Below are positions 50,110 to 63,452 of a stretch of DNA of 64,000 nucleotides, one piece after another (within the stretch, counting starts at the first letter, position 1; each line of letters begins with the position of its first letter). The notes beneath the pieces were generated by a model that was given only the letters and a program-made list of their open reading frames with translations, was not told where the DNA came from and did no database searches. The DNA is from Auanema rhodensis (lineage: Eukaryota; Animalia; Nematoda): the NCBI GenBank assembly GCA_964057225.1, contig OZ059899.1, positions 11,656,001 through 11,720,000 on the forward strand, read 5' to 3'. The position numbers and the translations under genes were made by a program.

Positions 50110-52340
50110 ATGGATATACCAGATATTGTCAAAAATAAGTTAATTGAATTAGATGCTGAAAATCGGCAGCTTAAATTGGTTAGTTTTACTAAATGTTTCA
50201 ATTATTTCAATTATTAATTTCCAAAAACTTTATAGGATATAGCAAGAAAAGAATCAACATTGAAAAACAGAGATGAGAATCTGGCCGAGCTGGAAGAAGA
50301 AAACAGAAGATTATTAAAAGAAAATGCAGATCATGCGAAGGCTTCAAAAGATGTAACAACATTTGAAAGTAGAATCGGTTTTCTTCAGTCACAGGTATAG
50401 CTGTTTTGTAATTATAATTTTTACCTATTTCTGTAATAGTTAGAAGATACTCAAGAAGACCTCGCAGTTGCAAGAAAAAAATGTGAAGAATTAGAGCTTC
50501 TTCTGAAAGAGCAAGGAGAAATTGTTGATATTAGACCGGAAATCCGCACACCGACACCTACACCTCCAAAAAATATCGAAGACGAAGAGGAATATGTGAT
50601 ACTTTTCTTATTTTGCTATTATTTTTTCAAAATACAAATTTAAGATTCGATTGAAAGAGGAGCTTGAAGATGCCAAATTCGACTTGAACTGTTTTGCTGA
50701 TAAATTACGCTTTGCAGAAGAAGAATGCGAACAACAAAAAGAGTTGTATGATAATTTATGTGAAGAAATCAAACAGTTGCAGCGTGCTTTGAAAGTAACA
50801 ATCGTGTTCTTTTGAAACATACAAATTTAACTTTGCAGGAAATTCGTGATCAAAAAGCTGAGTTAGAAGCCAGGCTCTGTGAATCTCAAAATAATCTTCC
50901 GTTTGCTAGCAAAGGAAATTCAATGTTTGGAGAAGTAAAACAATTTTTTAATATAATTCTCACAATATTTTTGTAGTTTGTTGAAGAACGAAAGCATTTG
51001 GAAGCTGATTTGAAGCAACTTTATGCAGAATGTGAAGGTCTTAGACGAGAAAATCATGATTTGCTGAATCAGCTAGAAGATGCTAGACTTATGGCTCTCC
51101 GAAGAGTAGGCGTTGCGGTAAGTTCGAATTTTGTTTCTGGAATTTATTTTGTTTCAGACAACCGTCCGTTGCCAATGCGAAGATATGCGAGTAGAACTAG
51201 TACGAGTGCGATCCAGACTAGAATCCGCGGAAAACCGTGTTAATACTCTGAACAGTGACAAAATAAAAATGATTGAATCCTTGAAAGGAGGTATAGCAGT
51301 TGATTCCATGCTGAGAGCTCAGTACTCTAGTTTAAAGTTTGTTAACCAATTTTTTTTCTTATTTTCATCTGCATCTGTAGGGGAGAATTGGCCTGGTCGA
51401 ACCAACAATTAAGTGAAATGAAAAAAGAGAGAAACTCTCTTATGGATCAGCTTATTGTAGCAAATGTATTTTCCTTATATTTTAACAATTTGACTTATAA
51501 ATTCTAGGCGAGCTTGAGACGTGCTGAGAATTTAGAGCGAATGGCGAAGGAAGATGTTAGCATTCTTACAAGACAGATAGAGTTGATCAAACAAAGACAA
51601 GCTGATGAACTTCGTATGTTTCCAAACAAGTGTAATGAATATGGCTTCCTGTTTTTTAGGCGGGGAGCTAGATACTACTGAGTTATCAGCTGCGGAAAAA
51701 ATCTCAAATTTAATCAAAGCACCATCGATCATGAATTCCATGATTCCATCTACCCCAGCAGGAAAAGGTTATAAAATACACTGTCGGTCTCTGATCATCA
51801 AATTGTTTTCAGCTATGAAATCAAATTTCAAAACTCCTCTTCCACCCACTGCAAGTAAAACTGATACGAAAACACCTAAGTTAGGCTCTTCTAACATAAC
51901 AACTCCCAACTTCGTAACACCTAGCTCACCTGAACCAAAGATTCCAAGGGTCAGTTCTGCTATCTTCGAGAAAGAAAATGTTAAATTTTAGTTTGCTAAA
52001 GATATATCCAATTCCGAAAATAGGAAAGAAATGATGACAGCCACTGAAAGGAGACTACATCGTCAAAAGGTCCAGGGGCCGAAGCGAGCTGTTCCTTCGA
52101 TCAAGCCCCCTATTAATATACGTAAGGATTTTCATTCTTCTCAACTACAGTTAGCAAACAATTACAGCTACATTCCGGATGGTTGTCGGAACTACAAATG
52201 CAACAGTAGCTCCAAGTGTTCCAAATACTCCTACTCTCAGTGCTCCAAGTGTCCCTGATACCAGTGCTCCAAGTGCTACTGATCCCACTGCTCAAAGTGC
52301 TCCTGATCCCAGTAATGCCGAAAATATTGAAAGTTTGTAA
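50110..52340 (+). CDS. spdl-1: Spindly kinetochore dynein adaptor
   Basis: Long coiled coil with the Spindly motif FASKGNSMFGEFVEER; S/T/P-rich tail. The last intron fits best as 52122-52167, giving ...INIPTFRMVVG...APSVPDTSAPS...ENIESL*. Confidence 0.88.
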
Positions 52341-52885
52341 ATAGATCGTGTTGTCGGAAAAAGGGGGGGGATCGTTCATTACGTAATGATTACATAATTT
52401 AAGTCTAATTTTCATATTTTGATAAATAAAATCAATTCAATTTCATGCCAGCATAGTTCATTAACTCATTTTTTATTTCCCAGTATTAGTTTGTCACCCT
52501 TCTAATACATATATATATATATGTATAAATACTTAATTTAACCCACTTATGTATACAAAGTATAAACATGATGTTTGATAATTGTGTATAAATCCTTATG
52601 TTTAAAATATTATCTATGAATTGTATCTTCTATCTGAATCAAGTAACAGAAGAAAAAATGTGCATATAACGTTTATATTATTGTATTGTCATCATAAAAC
52701 AATTTCTCGAGACTCGTATTATAGTGAAGACAATTTGGATATAGAGTAGAACTTACAATTAACAGAATTTAACACTTATGATCAAGAATTGTCGAACGAT
52801 CATTATCAGAAAATGAAAAACAAATAGTACATAAACATAAAATAAAAGTGGGTAATGCAAATTAATTATGAATTGATATAAAGGG

Positions 52886-55800
52886 TTAAACAGTTGTAAC
52901 AAGCATAGTATTACTATGCATACTTCCTGATTTGGATGACTCTGTTGTCGATTCTTCGTTATCATGCTTAAAAAGAAAATTTGTTAACATATTGTATTCA
53001 TTGTAATAATATACCATAGGTTTTTGATAATTAAATGGAGGGATAACAGCATGGGAATGCAATGGTTTTGGAGCAATTTTAGGTTTTACGGGTACTTGAG
53101 CCTGAAATTATGATTTCTAATGTTTTTTCTTTTACATTAGAGAACTCACCGATCTACAGTTCGAAGATTGTAAAACTTTTGAGGTTGGCATAGGCAGCCG
53201 GGTTTTTCTCGTTGCTGAGTGATTGTCAATAGTACGAGATTGTTTGGGTTTATGAGTTTCGTTAGTAGAAGATGATTCGGATCTTAAAAAAAAGAATTAT
53301 ATTCTTAGGGAAAAATAGCAATATACCTTAACGATGAACAATCAATAGTCATTTGTTCTTCAAGACAATCAAGGGGTAGACTTGTATCTAACACATCGTA
53401 ATCATTTCCAGAGAAGAAGTCATCGCTCTCATCAGAACTGAAAAATAATTCATTACACTAGAAGATGAAGCAACTAGTACCTCACAGAATCCTGCTGAGG
53501 AAGACTATTCTTGGTAGCACCTTCTTGAGAGCCAGAAGCGGTATAGTTTTCGTCTACACATTCAGTATCGAGACGGTGACCGGTTTGAGAAGGGCGGATC
53601 GAACGGGTCACCATAGATATTGGTCCGCCCATCTCGTTTTTTGAAGAAAATCCAGAGTTAGTCTCAGCTGAAGGCATTGCAGATAGAATACATTCGTTCA
53701 ATAGTCTCTCTCTATCTGCAGCTGAAAGAAAATATGTAATATATTCATGAAAACAAATGGGAGTACCAGAGCTATCAACAGATTTTCTGGGAGAAGATGT
53801 TGATATCATAATGTTGTTCATAGTAAAAGCATCGTGATGATTAGGACCATTTTTGAAAGATGACCTAGTGTGTGGTTGGGGATAAGCAGCTTCGATTGAT
53901 CTATCCAGCAGATCAGAATTTCCCTCCAAAACCACATAGTCAGATTCGGCTTCAACGTCGAATCCACCTAAAGAATAATATTTTAAGTCAACTAAATATA
54001 TAATGATAATCGTACCTTTATTCTTAAGCATATCTGTTGTTTTTACAGGCATTGCTGCAGGTAATCTGAATGCAGGGAAAGTAGGAGTGGGTTGATCATC
54101 AATTACAGCAGTAGCAGCATCACTACTTGAAAAGTTCGATTTTTCACCAGAATCCGAATTAACAACATTCACGCGGAGAGGAGTAGAGAGAGTATTATCA
54201 GTCCCTTTTAGCCCTGCATTCATCATCTCTTGCTGACGAACAAGGGTGTAATGAGTAGGGGAATCAGGCAATTCTGACGGGGAAACAGGAGAAAGACGAG
54301 CGCTGTTATTTGCCGTATCCAGCATACTTGTCCAGCCAGATTGATTCTAAAAATATTATTATATTATTGAATAACAAGAATATATAGTACCGTATGCTCA
54401 GTTTCCAGAGATTGCCGACTAGCATTACTACGGTTGCATGTGGCACTCATTGTATCTCTTTCAAACTCTTCCGGAAAATCATCATTATCATCATTCATAA
54501 TATTATTCTGAAAAAAATATTTTTTCTTTTTTACTAAATATAAAAAACATACATGACGAATCTCATCCTCTTTGATTTGCTGCATCATTCTTTCTTGATC
54601 ATCTGAAGCTCCTTGACTAACCGGCGGTGGTATAAAATGAGAAGGAGAAGCATGGGAGGATCTGCAAAACAAATCAGTTATAAATAGAAATTATTCCAAA
54701 TAGTGTTTACCCATGCATTGCTACAGATCCTCCTCTTACGAAATGCCGGGGCAAGCTGCTAGAACGCTGTTCCATGCTTCGCGGTGAAGTGAATGAATGA
54801 AGATTTGTAGCACCTGGAGAAGCTCTCATCGATCTTAAAGGAAGAAGACGACCAGAATCACGGAAAATATCGTAACCAACGCCCATTGAAGTGGACATTT
54901 CTAAAACAAGATAATATTATATAATAACCCGATTAAGCATGTATGCCTACCATTTGATCGCATAAATCCGGAAGTTGGCTGATTTAAATGATTTAAAACA
55001 CTTTTAACAGCGGCTCGAATGTCATCTCTAGCTGAATCACGAAGAGAGTTCAACTGATGCATAGCATTCCCATTGGAACGAATAGAATTCTGAAAATAAA
55101 ATGAATTTTCTCTAACTTTAATATTTTGTTACCTGAAGATGAGGATCCTTGGCAATTAAATTACTTAGTGCACCCAAGGCATTACAAGAAATTGTGAAAG
55201 AAGCGCTAACGAGCAATTGAATAAGGCCAGAAACGAGAACGGATCGTTCTTCTAAGTGAGTTGAGGTAGCAGAAAGATATACAGATGCATATTTCAGTAT
55301 TCCGCTAGCGCTTTCGACAATTACCTGAATTATTCTTTGAATAATATTTTTTAACGAAAATATAATACGGTTTGATTAGTGTTTGGAGTAAGAAGCGATG
55401 CTAACATATGCAAACATCCCGGCTCGTCACAAATAGCTCTTTTGTTCTCCATTGAATGAGAAGCGAGATTCCATAAAGCGGAAAGGGTGGCTCTAACGCA
55501 TCCTGGAAAAATATTATTTTCTCAATAACGCCTGATTTGTAACCTTCATCATTATGTTGACAACCATAAACTGCCGCTCGAACCAATGCTTTTACACAAG
55601 GCGACAGAGCAGCACTCATATCGCTGTCAGCTAACCAGCTTAAATTTCTGATTAAACCAGAATAAACCTGAAAGAAGACATATTTAGCATTAAAATTTTA
55701 AACACAGACTAAGTTAATGTCATTTTGAATATGTTTACGTTTCTTAGTGAAAATCTAATTTTGTCTGCTGAACCTCGAATAAGCATTTATATGTTCACAT

Positions 55801-57149
55801 AAAGACATCGGGCCAGATTATCCATTTTCAGGGACATTCGCATCACGGCCCGTTAGCATCTGTTTATTGATTCTGGACTTAGATATACAAAACATATTTA
55901 GATTGACGCTCTAGTAGAAATTTGAGAAATGATAAGGAACATTGCAAGTTTGTCAAACATGCTGTTACTTATGAGAGCACCATGTTCCCAAAGGAAAACT
56001 TTACAATCCTAAAGGAGCGGAGAGTCCTCGAAAACTCGACTCAAGAAGCACTTCCTCCCCATAAAAGGCATTCCCAAGATGAAAGAAACAGCCTTAGGAG
56101 TTGCTCGTAAACCCTGTTTACAATATCTGTACAGCAACTGCTTTGGCTTAACCCTCAAATTTATCCGATAAATTAGAAGATACCGCAAGATAGATGCATT
56201 TTCAATCTATCAGCAACTGTCAACTAAGTGTGCGGCAAGACTGCGAATCTCACCTTAGGCACATATCTAATTATATTTACAACCAAAATCTAGAGCAACG
56301 AAGAACAGAGAACAAGTCACATCAAAGAAAATAATACAAAACAACAAGATAATATAAGACATAAAAGAAATACTTACTTGAGCTAAATTTCGAGCTTCAT
56401 TAATCAATCGTATGACGGTGTCAAGAAAATCGGGATAAGCACATAGCCGACGTTTGCTTCCAACATGTCCAAAAGTTAAATTAGTAAGTGCATTAGCTAT
56501 TAATTTCCTAATCGATCGATGTTCAGGTAAACGTGGGCCTGAACCAAAAACATAAACTTCCAACACTAGGGTTTCAGCTAAAGCATCAACCAATCCTAGA
56601 ATACAAAAATACAATAATATTATAAAAAACAAAGCATACCTAATAAAATAGCAACTTTCCTATATTCTTCATCAAATGATTCTGCGACAATCAAGCTTAA
56701 CGCTGCCGATAACCGCCGAAAATATGATTGAGAAGGGTTAGAGTTATGAATTATCCTTCTAAGATAATAGACTTGTTCTCTTATACAATTGGATGGTTGT
56801 AAAGCTTTGCGAAGGCGACGGCGTCTTAAAAAATCAAAGTAAGATTAAATCAGAGCCATCGAATATATATACCTCGAATCATCTATTTCCCTGTGTATAA
56901 CATTCTGAATTCGTTCGTGAACAATTCGAAGATTGTCATCATCTTGATCTGATGGCACAACATTCCTATTTTGATCTAAATGCAGTGACGCTAGAAGTGT
57001 ACATATGGCATCATCAACTGTCATCTAAAGCAATAAAATAGAAATTGAGACAAAATCATGCTTCCCACTTCTTCTTCAGGATATTCCCTTGAAGGACCCG
57101 GGAGCACATCATCATCGAAATCATGCTCATCGTCACTTAGAGTATCCAT
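52886..57149 (-). CDS. apr-1: Adenomatous polyposis coli homolog
   Basis: Armadillo repeats (RKLIANALTNLTFGHVGSKRRLC; YSGLIRNLSWLAD; ATLSALWNLASH; CNALGALSNLIAKDP), SAMP repeat LLNECILSAMPS, PPFNYQKP, C-terminal PDZ-binding LVTTV*. Confidence 0.95.
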
Positions 57150-58639
57150 GGACTAAAGAAATGTGTTATAACTTGATAAAAGAATAAGAGAAAATAATGA
57201 AAAATGCAAAAAACTTCGTAAGAATAGAAATCCTGAATACATAATTAAGAATTAAATCCAAAAGCATTTCAGTTAGAGAAAAACAAGCTATTTAAAAACA
57301 TTTAAGAAAAACAAAATCAATGCATTCATTGGTATATTGGATTCCTTTTCGAAAAAGAGAATTGGTAGAATAGGATCTCCTAAACTTGAATTGAAATAAT
57401 ATAATTGCATAGAATGACTTGATATATCAAAGCAGGAATTGAATATCAAATTTCAAAAGCAGCTAGTTCACTTGCCAATAGAAAGAGAATAAAGTAACTG
57501 AGATTCCGTATAAATACAAGGCTATTTCAAATAGAATCTTCATAAATGGATTAAAATATTAGCGGCCAACAATAGGAGTGGGGAAAAGATGTAAAAATGA
57601 CTACAAGTAGAACAGCTGTCAGAGACCAGAATAAGAACAACATCCATCCCTTATCCACATTATACATAAAATTCAGCAATACAACAGCAAACTGATAGAT
57701 TTCATGGTTTCTTGGACCTTAACCACTCAAAACGTATACAAAAAACATAAACCCAACTATTTGGATAAAAACAGAGGCAGTGTAACCCTTGGAGGCCATG
57801 CTAAGTTAATAGATAAAACACTTGATTGATTTCTAAAACCAATGAATAGGAAAACCAGCAGAAATGGGGAAAATTAAAATAAAGAGGGCATCATGCAATT
57901 GATGCGGCCCGAACTAATTGATGGTACAGAGTAATCAGATTTGCAAACGAGCTTCAAAAAATAGGATGTTGAGAAGATGGTTATACAACCCTTTGGTTTT
58001 GGTAAAAGGTTGCCGCTTAGGACGCGACGCGGCCACTCATAGGCGGCCGTTTTTGATCGCATAGTGAGCGTCCATCTAATCAAAAATAGACATAAAAAAT
58101 TCGAATTTTATCCAAATTATTAAAGAAAAAATATATATACAAACATAACAGTTTTGAAAGACAAAAGAGTTGTAGATTAGAGCGAAATCTAATTTCCAGA
58201 CATATATTTGAAAACATGTAAAAATAAATATGTTGAAAATATATGAAAATGTAACAGAAGATAAGAAACAGTTTATTCAAGATATGTCCAAAAAGCAGAT
58301 TGTTTAATATGAACATGAGAGATTTAATTAAAACTAATTGAAGATAAAAAAACACCTTCAACAAAAAAATATACATGAGTGATCTGTTATTTAAAATTAA
58401 AATATAAATAAAAACTCTTATAATATAGAAATATGAGAAAAAATGCAGAATACATTATAGTAAATAAAAATGTATTCTATTTGAATCAATTTGGCATTGA
58501 AGGAGACAATCCACAATGGAGCACGCATTAGTGTTATTGGAGCAAACCAACATTAGTTCTTTTAGCTTAGTTAGCTTCCATTATAATTTATTGTATTGAC
58601 TTTAGATTAATAACTATTTATTATATTATAGATTTTTAG

Positions 58640-60695
58640 ATGATAATTTCTTCGCGATACACACAAACATTTTTTAATCGATTTTTATCTTCAAGTGCCT
58701 CAACTTCTGTAGGTTCACAAACAGATTTTCATCGTGAAGAAGTAAATGGAAAATTACATGTATCTTCTATCAATATACAAACAAAAGAGAGAGCTATTGT
58801 TCAATTAAAAACTGGAGAACATTCTCAGCAAAGTCGTAAATTCACGTGAGTTTTCTCAAATTGATTTTAATTTTTTTCAACTTTTAGAAGAGAATTTTCA
58901 ATACCTCCGAATGCATTATCGGGATTGAAAAATGTGCTTGTTTCATGCTCAAAAACAGCAAAACAGTTACAACATGAAGCGGATCAATTATCAAATATGT
59001 TGGATCAGAGAAGGTTCTTAGTTAGTCAAAAAGTTTTGTTTAATGTATGGGTTTTTGATGTATAGGTTTCCAGCCTCTCCAGATGAAGTTAGGTTAGCAA
59101 GAGAGGAAATACGTAGAAAATTGAGATTAGAACATAAGGAATCCAATGACGTTTTTGATCAAGATGGGATACTTAGTCAAAAAATTGTAAGATTTATTCT
59201 TTTTGTATTGATCAAATCTTTATTTTAGATAGAAGCGAAAGAACAGCAAATCCAACATAAAGTACAACGATATCTTAAAAAAACAAGATATAACTGGAAA
59301 CCTTTAGATTTTGATAGTAGAGATTCAGCTGCTAAATATGCCTTAGCAAGGTGATTCATTCTATTTTCATATCTATATTGTATTATTTTAGATTTGTACC
59401 GAATTATGCTGAAATATCCAGAGTTCTTGAAGAATTAAAAATTACTAGATTCGCCCCTGAAACTGTCTTGGACTTTGGTAGCGGCGCTGGCTCTGGCTTC
59501 TGGGCTGTGAATCAAATGTATGAAAAATCTCTGAAAGAATATTGTTTGGTAGATTTATCGGATGAAATGACTAAGCTATCCATGGACATTATGAGAGTTG
59601 GTGAATTTAACTTGTAACAGCCTAATATTAACTTTTTAGAAGGATGATGGTACTTTGTTATCGAAAAAAGTTTCATTTAGAAGACATTTGTTACCTTCAT
59701 TACAAACTACATATGATTTAGTAATATGTCATAGAACATTGTGTGAAATTGGCTCTCCTGAATCTCGAATTCAAACTATTGAATCATTATGGCGTAGAAC
59801 TAATAAGTGAGTTCATCCAATAAGCATTTTATTCCATAATTATCTCTTTCAGATATTTAGTTCTCATTGAATCCGGACTTGATGATAGTTTCAACGCCAT
59901 ATTAGATGCTCGAGACTATTTATTAACTTCTGGTGTTGATATTAATATCAATGAATTGTTATCTAAAATTAATGAGCAAGGCATTCCTGAACAAGAAGTA
60001 ATAGCTTTATTACATGATCGTCATCTTAGTAACTTTGAAAAATATTCAATTTTGAAAGAAAAGGTTAGAGTTTCAGTTCATCTTTTCAATTATATATATT
60101 TATTTAGTTCCCTAATATGGAAATACCTACTAAATTACCTCATTCTTCTGTATTTGCGCCTTGTCCTCATGATTTGGGATGCCCCCTAAGAAATTCCAAG
60201 TTCGTTTTTGCAATATTTGCTTCACGTTTTGTATACGAATTTTTATTTTATTTTGTTTCACCATTGTGATGTAATTTTTCGTTATAATTCCAGTTCTTGC
60301 TCGTTTTCACTTAGATGGAGAACTCTACGAGCTGACGGCAAGCAAAAAGATAAAACAAAAGATGGAACAGAAACCGGAAATATATCTTTCGTGATTTTGG
60401 AGAAAGGAGCTCGTGGTGTAGATAGAAACCTTCCTAGAATCTTGAAAGTATGATTTGTTTCATTTATTGCTCTAATATCAAGTTTCAGTTGAGAAAGATG
60501 AACGGCCATGTAACGTGTGACGTTTGTACATCATTCAATGGTCTCCAAAGGTTTACTTTATCAAAACGAGGTGGTGAAATGTACAAAAGAATGAAAACCC
60601 GTATTACTGGTGAACTTTCTCCATTCCAAATGGAAACTAAAGCTACTGAAGGTGTCTTCGATCTTTACGATCAAGTTCTTAAAAACATGAAATAG
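58640..60695 (+). CDS. METTL17: Mitochondrial small-subunit assembly methyltransferase-like protein (METTL17/Rsm22)
   Basis: Mitochondrial-type presequence, YNWKPLDF, PETVLDFGSGAGSGFWA, YDLVICHRTLCE, VFAPCPHDLGCP, GHVTCDVCT; TAG at 60693-60695. Confidence 0.93.
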
Positions 60696-61003
60696 AAATT
60701 ATTTTTTAGATTGTTACTAGTTCCGTTGTTAAATTTAATTGTTAAAACATAAAATTTATTTTTTGCACGAATTCTTATTAACAAATATAATTCTACATAC
60801 TCCGTCTTAATATTCTATCAATCATGATAGAAGCAAGTAGATCACAATTCTTGGCTACAACATGAATAAACAACAGAGGTGTATCGGAAAGAGTGAACAA
60901 ACAACAAAAAAATGTGACAAAAGAATAGACAAAGTACACAAACTATAGTAGAACCCGTGAAGAGGAAAAAGCCTAGTTCTGAGATAAATTAACCGTTCTC
61001 CTA

Positions 61004-61099
61004 GTTCAGCTATGACTATATTCCAAAGTACGAAGTACGAACCTATTCCCTTTCTTCTGCTGAAAGTCTAGCAGGCGTTATCGATATCGTTTCCAAACA
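61004..61099. repeat. ~95-bp segment duplicated at 61431-61530
   Basis: GTTCAGC.ATGACTATA.TCCAAAGTACGAAGTAC...TTCTGCTGAAAGTC...GCGTTATCGATATCGTTTCCAAACA in both copies, with several substitutions and one indel. Confidence 0.9.
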
Positions 61100-61139
61100 A
61101 AACGTTGAAACGAAACAATACAACACATTTTCAATAATA

Positions 61140-62029
61140 TTAGGTGTGCGCAAAATTTTCTGGCCCTCTTAAAAATATTCCTCTTCATTTTCCAAAGCTT
61201 TTTCTCAAATTTCAACCAACTTTCTTATACCTTTTTTCAAAATAAAATTTAGGTTTTATATAAAAAAAAATCTAGGTTCCATATCAAAAAAGCAGATCAC
61301 GAAGGCTTTAACCTCCTTTTTGTGTTTGAAGGTTTGAGGGGATCAAAAAATTCTCTCAACAATCGGAAAAAATGATACTCCTATGAAACAAGATCTGAAA
61401 GTGCAGTGGAGATTTTTTGGGTTTTCGAGGGTTCAGCAATGACTATACTCCAAAGTACGAAGTACAAAGCTGTTCCCTTTGTTCTGCTGAAAGTCAGAAG
61501 TAATTGCGTTATCGATATCGTTTCCAAACATTTAACTTTGTTTTTGATAAAAGAAGCCGTTGAATTTGTTCGGCATTGAGCCTACTATTCAACGCCTTAC
61601 CTCAACTCAATAATTCGATATGAACTATTACTCCTTCATTCCGAAAACAACATAACGTCTCCTTTTTGGGGGTTGGTTAGTTTCCAAATCCAAATTGTTA
61701 GATTCAAATCTAACGTACCATGATCTATAGGTACTATAAGAATTTATATATTCATCATAAATGGATTGGAAAAGAAAAGAAGTTTTCAAAGCATTTAAAC
61801 CTTGATTGAAATACAGCTTTACGCATATATGGATGTGTTTATTGTCAAAAGCCATTTCAGAAAAAGAGAGCAAAACCGAAAAAAATCGAAATAAGAAAAT
61901 TGTTTTGAATAATTTAGATTTAAAACAATTTTTTAAATATAATTTTGAATTTGTTTTATGATATTTTCTAATTCTAAAATATTTATTCGTATTTCAATGT
62001 GGATGGCCAGAACTTTTGCGCACACCTGA
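61140..62029 (-). mobile_element. Internally deleted, decayed mariner (Tc1/mariner) transposon, 890 bp
   Basis: TIRs T(T/C)AGGTGTGCGCAAAA..TTCTGGCC flanked by TA on both sides. N-terminal HTH remnant KHIHICVKLYFNQGLNA...YRSWYVRFESNNLDLE; C-terminal remnant GIRKLVEI*EKALENEEEYF*; catalytic core missing. Confidence 0.92.
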
Positions 62030-62086
62030 TAATTTTTGGAAAAAATTGAAAATCTACTATACAGCATCCGAAGGGGAAGCAGCATC

Positions 62087-62946
62087 CTAGCGTGTACTAG
62101 TGTTCCAAGCATGACGAACCTTTTCGCTCATGTCTTGTACTTCTGAACTAAACTTGTCGGATATTTCATTGTATTCTCTTTTCAAATGATCAATCACCCA
62201 TTCGATTCCTTTTCTTCCCTATAACATATACATTGAGAACAATGTTTGAATTGTAGCTAACCTTATTGGCATTGCTGGAATAGACATTCAAAAAGGTTTT
62301 TTCACAATAATCAGCAAAAGCTGGCAAAGTAATAGTCACAATAGCCTCTTGCATTAAAACAGTTCTGCAAGGTAAAAAGAGTTTAAAACAATCATTTTGC
62401 TGATAACGTACTTGCTAGGATCGGAAGTGTGAGGCTGATATGTCAATTTTTCATCACAACGAAGAAAAGAGCTTCCATTCAACTAAAAAATTGTATAATA
62501 AAACGATTAAAAGGTTTAACTAACGTTCCGTGTAGTCAAGGACATGGTTTTACTCTGTGGGTCAATGACACTATATTCATGGGAATATTGGGTACCAGAA
62601 AACCCAGTTAACTAAAACATATAATTAATTAATGAGTAAATTACAGTAATATACTACCTTTGTAGCCCAAGAAGGAATTTGAAAATGTGACTGAATAAGT
62701 CTTTCAGAATGAATAATACCTTAAAATTTTATGATCGTCATGGAAATTAATAAAACGAATGAATACCATCTTCAACTTTCTGCGATACAACATCCATTGC
62801 TGTTACACCACTGTTACAGGGATTTGGATACTTTCTCCAGGCAGCATTCACGACAGTTTGCCAGTCATGCCTGAAACGTTAGAAATTTTGATGATCAAAA
62901 AAAATTTTTCATACTCGAAGACGTGCTCGGAAGTCCAGATTTTCAT
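62087..62946 (-). CDS. PRELI/MSF1-domain mitochondrial lipid transfer protein (PRELID3/slowmo-like)
   Basis: [39 protein letters not shown]...HSERLIQSHFQIPSWA...NANKGRKGIEWVIDHL; TAG at 62087-62089. Confidence 0.93.
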
Positions 62947-63452
62947 TTTTTTTTATTTTTTAAATATAATCTAGAACCGTTTGTTACCTGAAAGTTGATT
63001 GGTAATTATTTCTTAAGAAAATATAAAAATGAATCATTTACAGCGAAGTTAAAAGGTAAAGTACTTCAAAAGTACAGAAAAAAAATCTTATTTTCAAACG
63101 ATATTTAGTGTCACAAGTTTGTTAAAGAGTATGATGGGAAAAGAAAGCTGTTATCACTCAGTAAATATATCGATAAAAGAAATAAAAGAATAGTTTTATG
63201 AGACAGCACAAGAGAATTTTTCGTCACGGCACCGCGCTAAAGGTCCTGGCACGATTTTGAAATTTCAACATTGGCTCACTTCCAGCAATTGGAATATTTT
63301 ATAGTAAAATTTTTACTTATGCTTTTAAATAAAGTTTTTTATTTTTTTAATTAATTTCTTTACAACGAAAATTTATGGATTTAATTATATATAAACAATT
63401 TTATCAACATAACTTAGCATAAATAATTAATTAAAAAATATTAAGGTAAAAA

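Noticed and set aside
55809-55852. C/D snoRNA or SECIS element
   Set aside because: Too short, box C is imperfect, CTGA is not terminal, and there is no SECIS core geometry.
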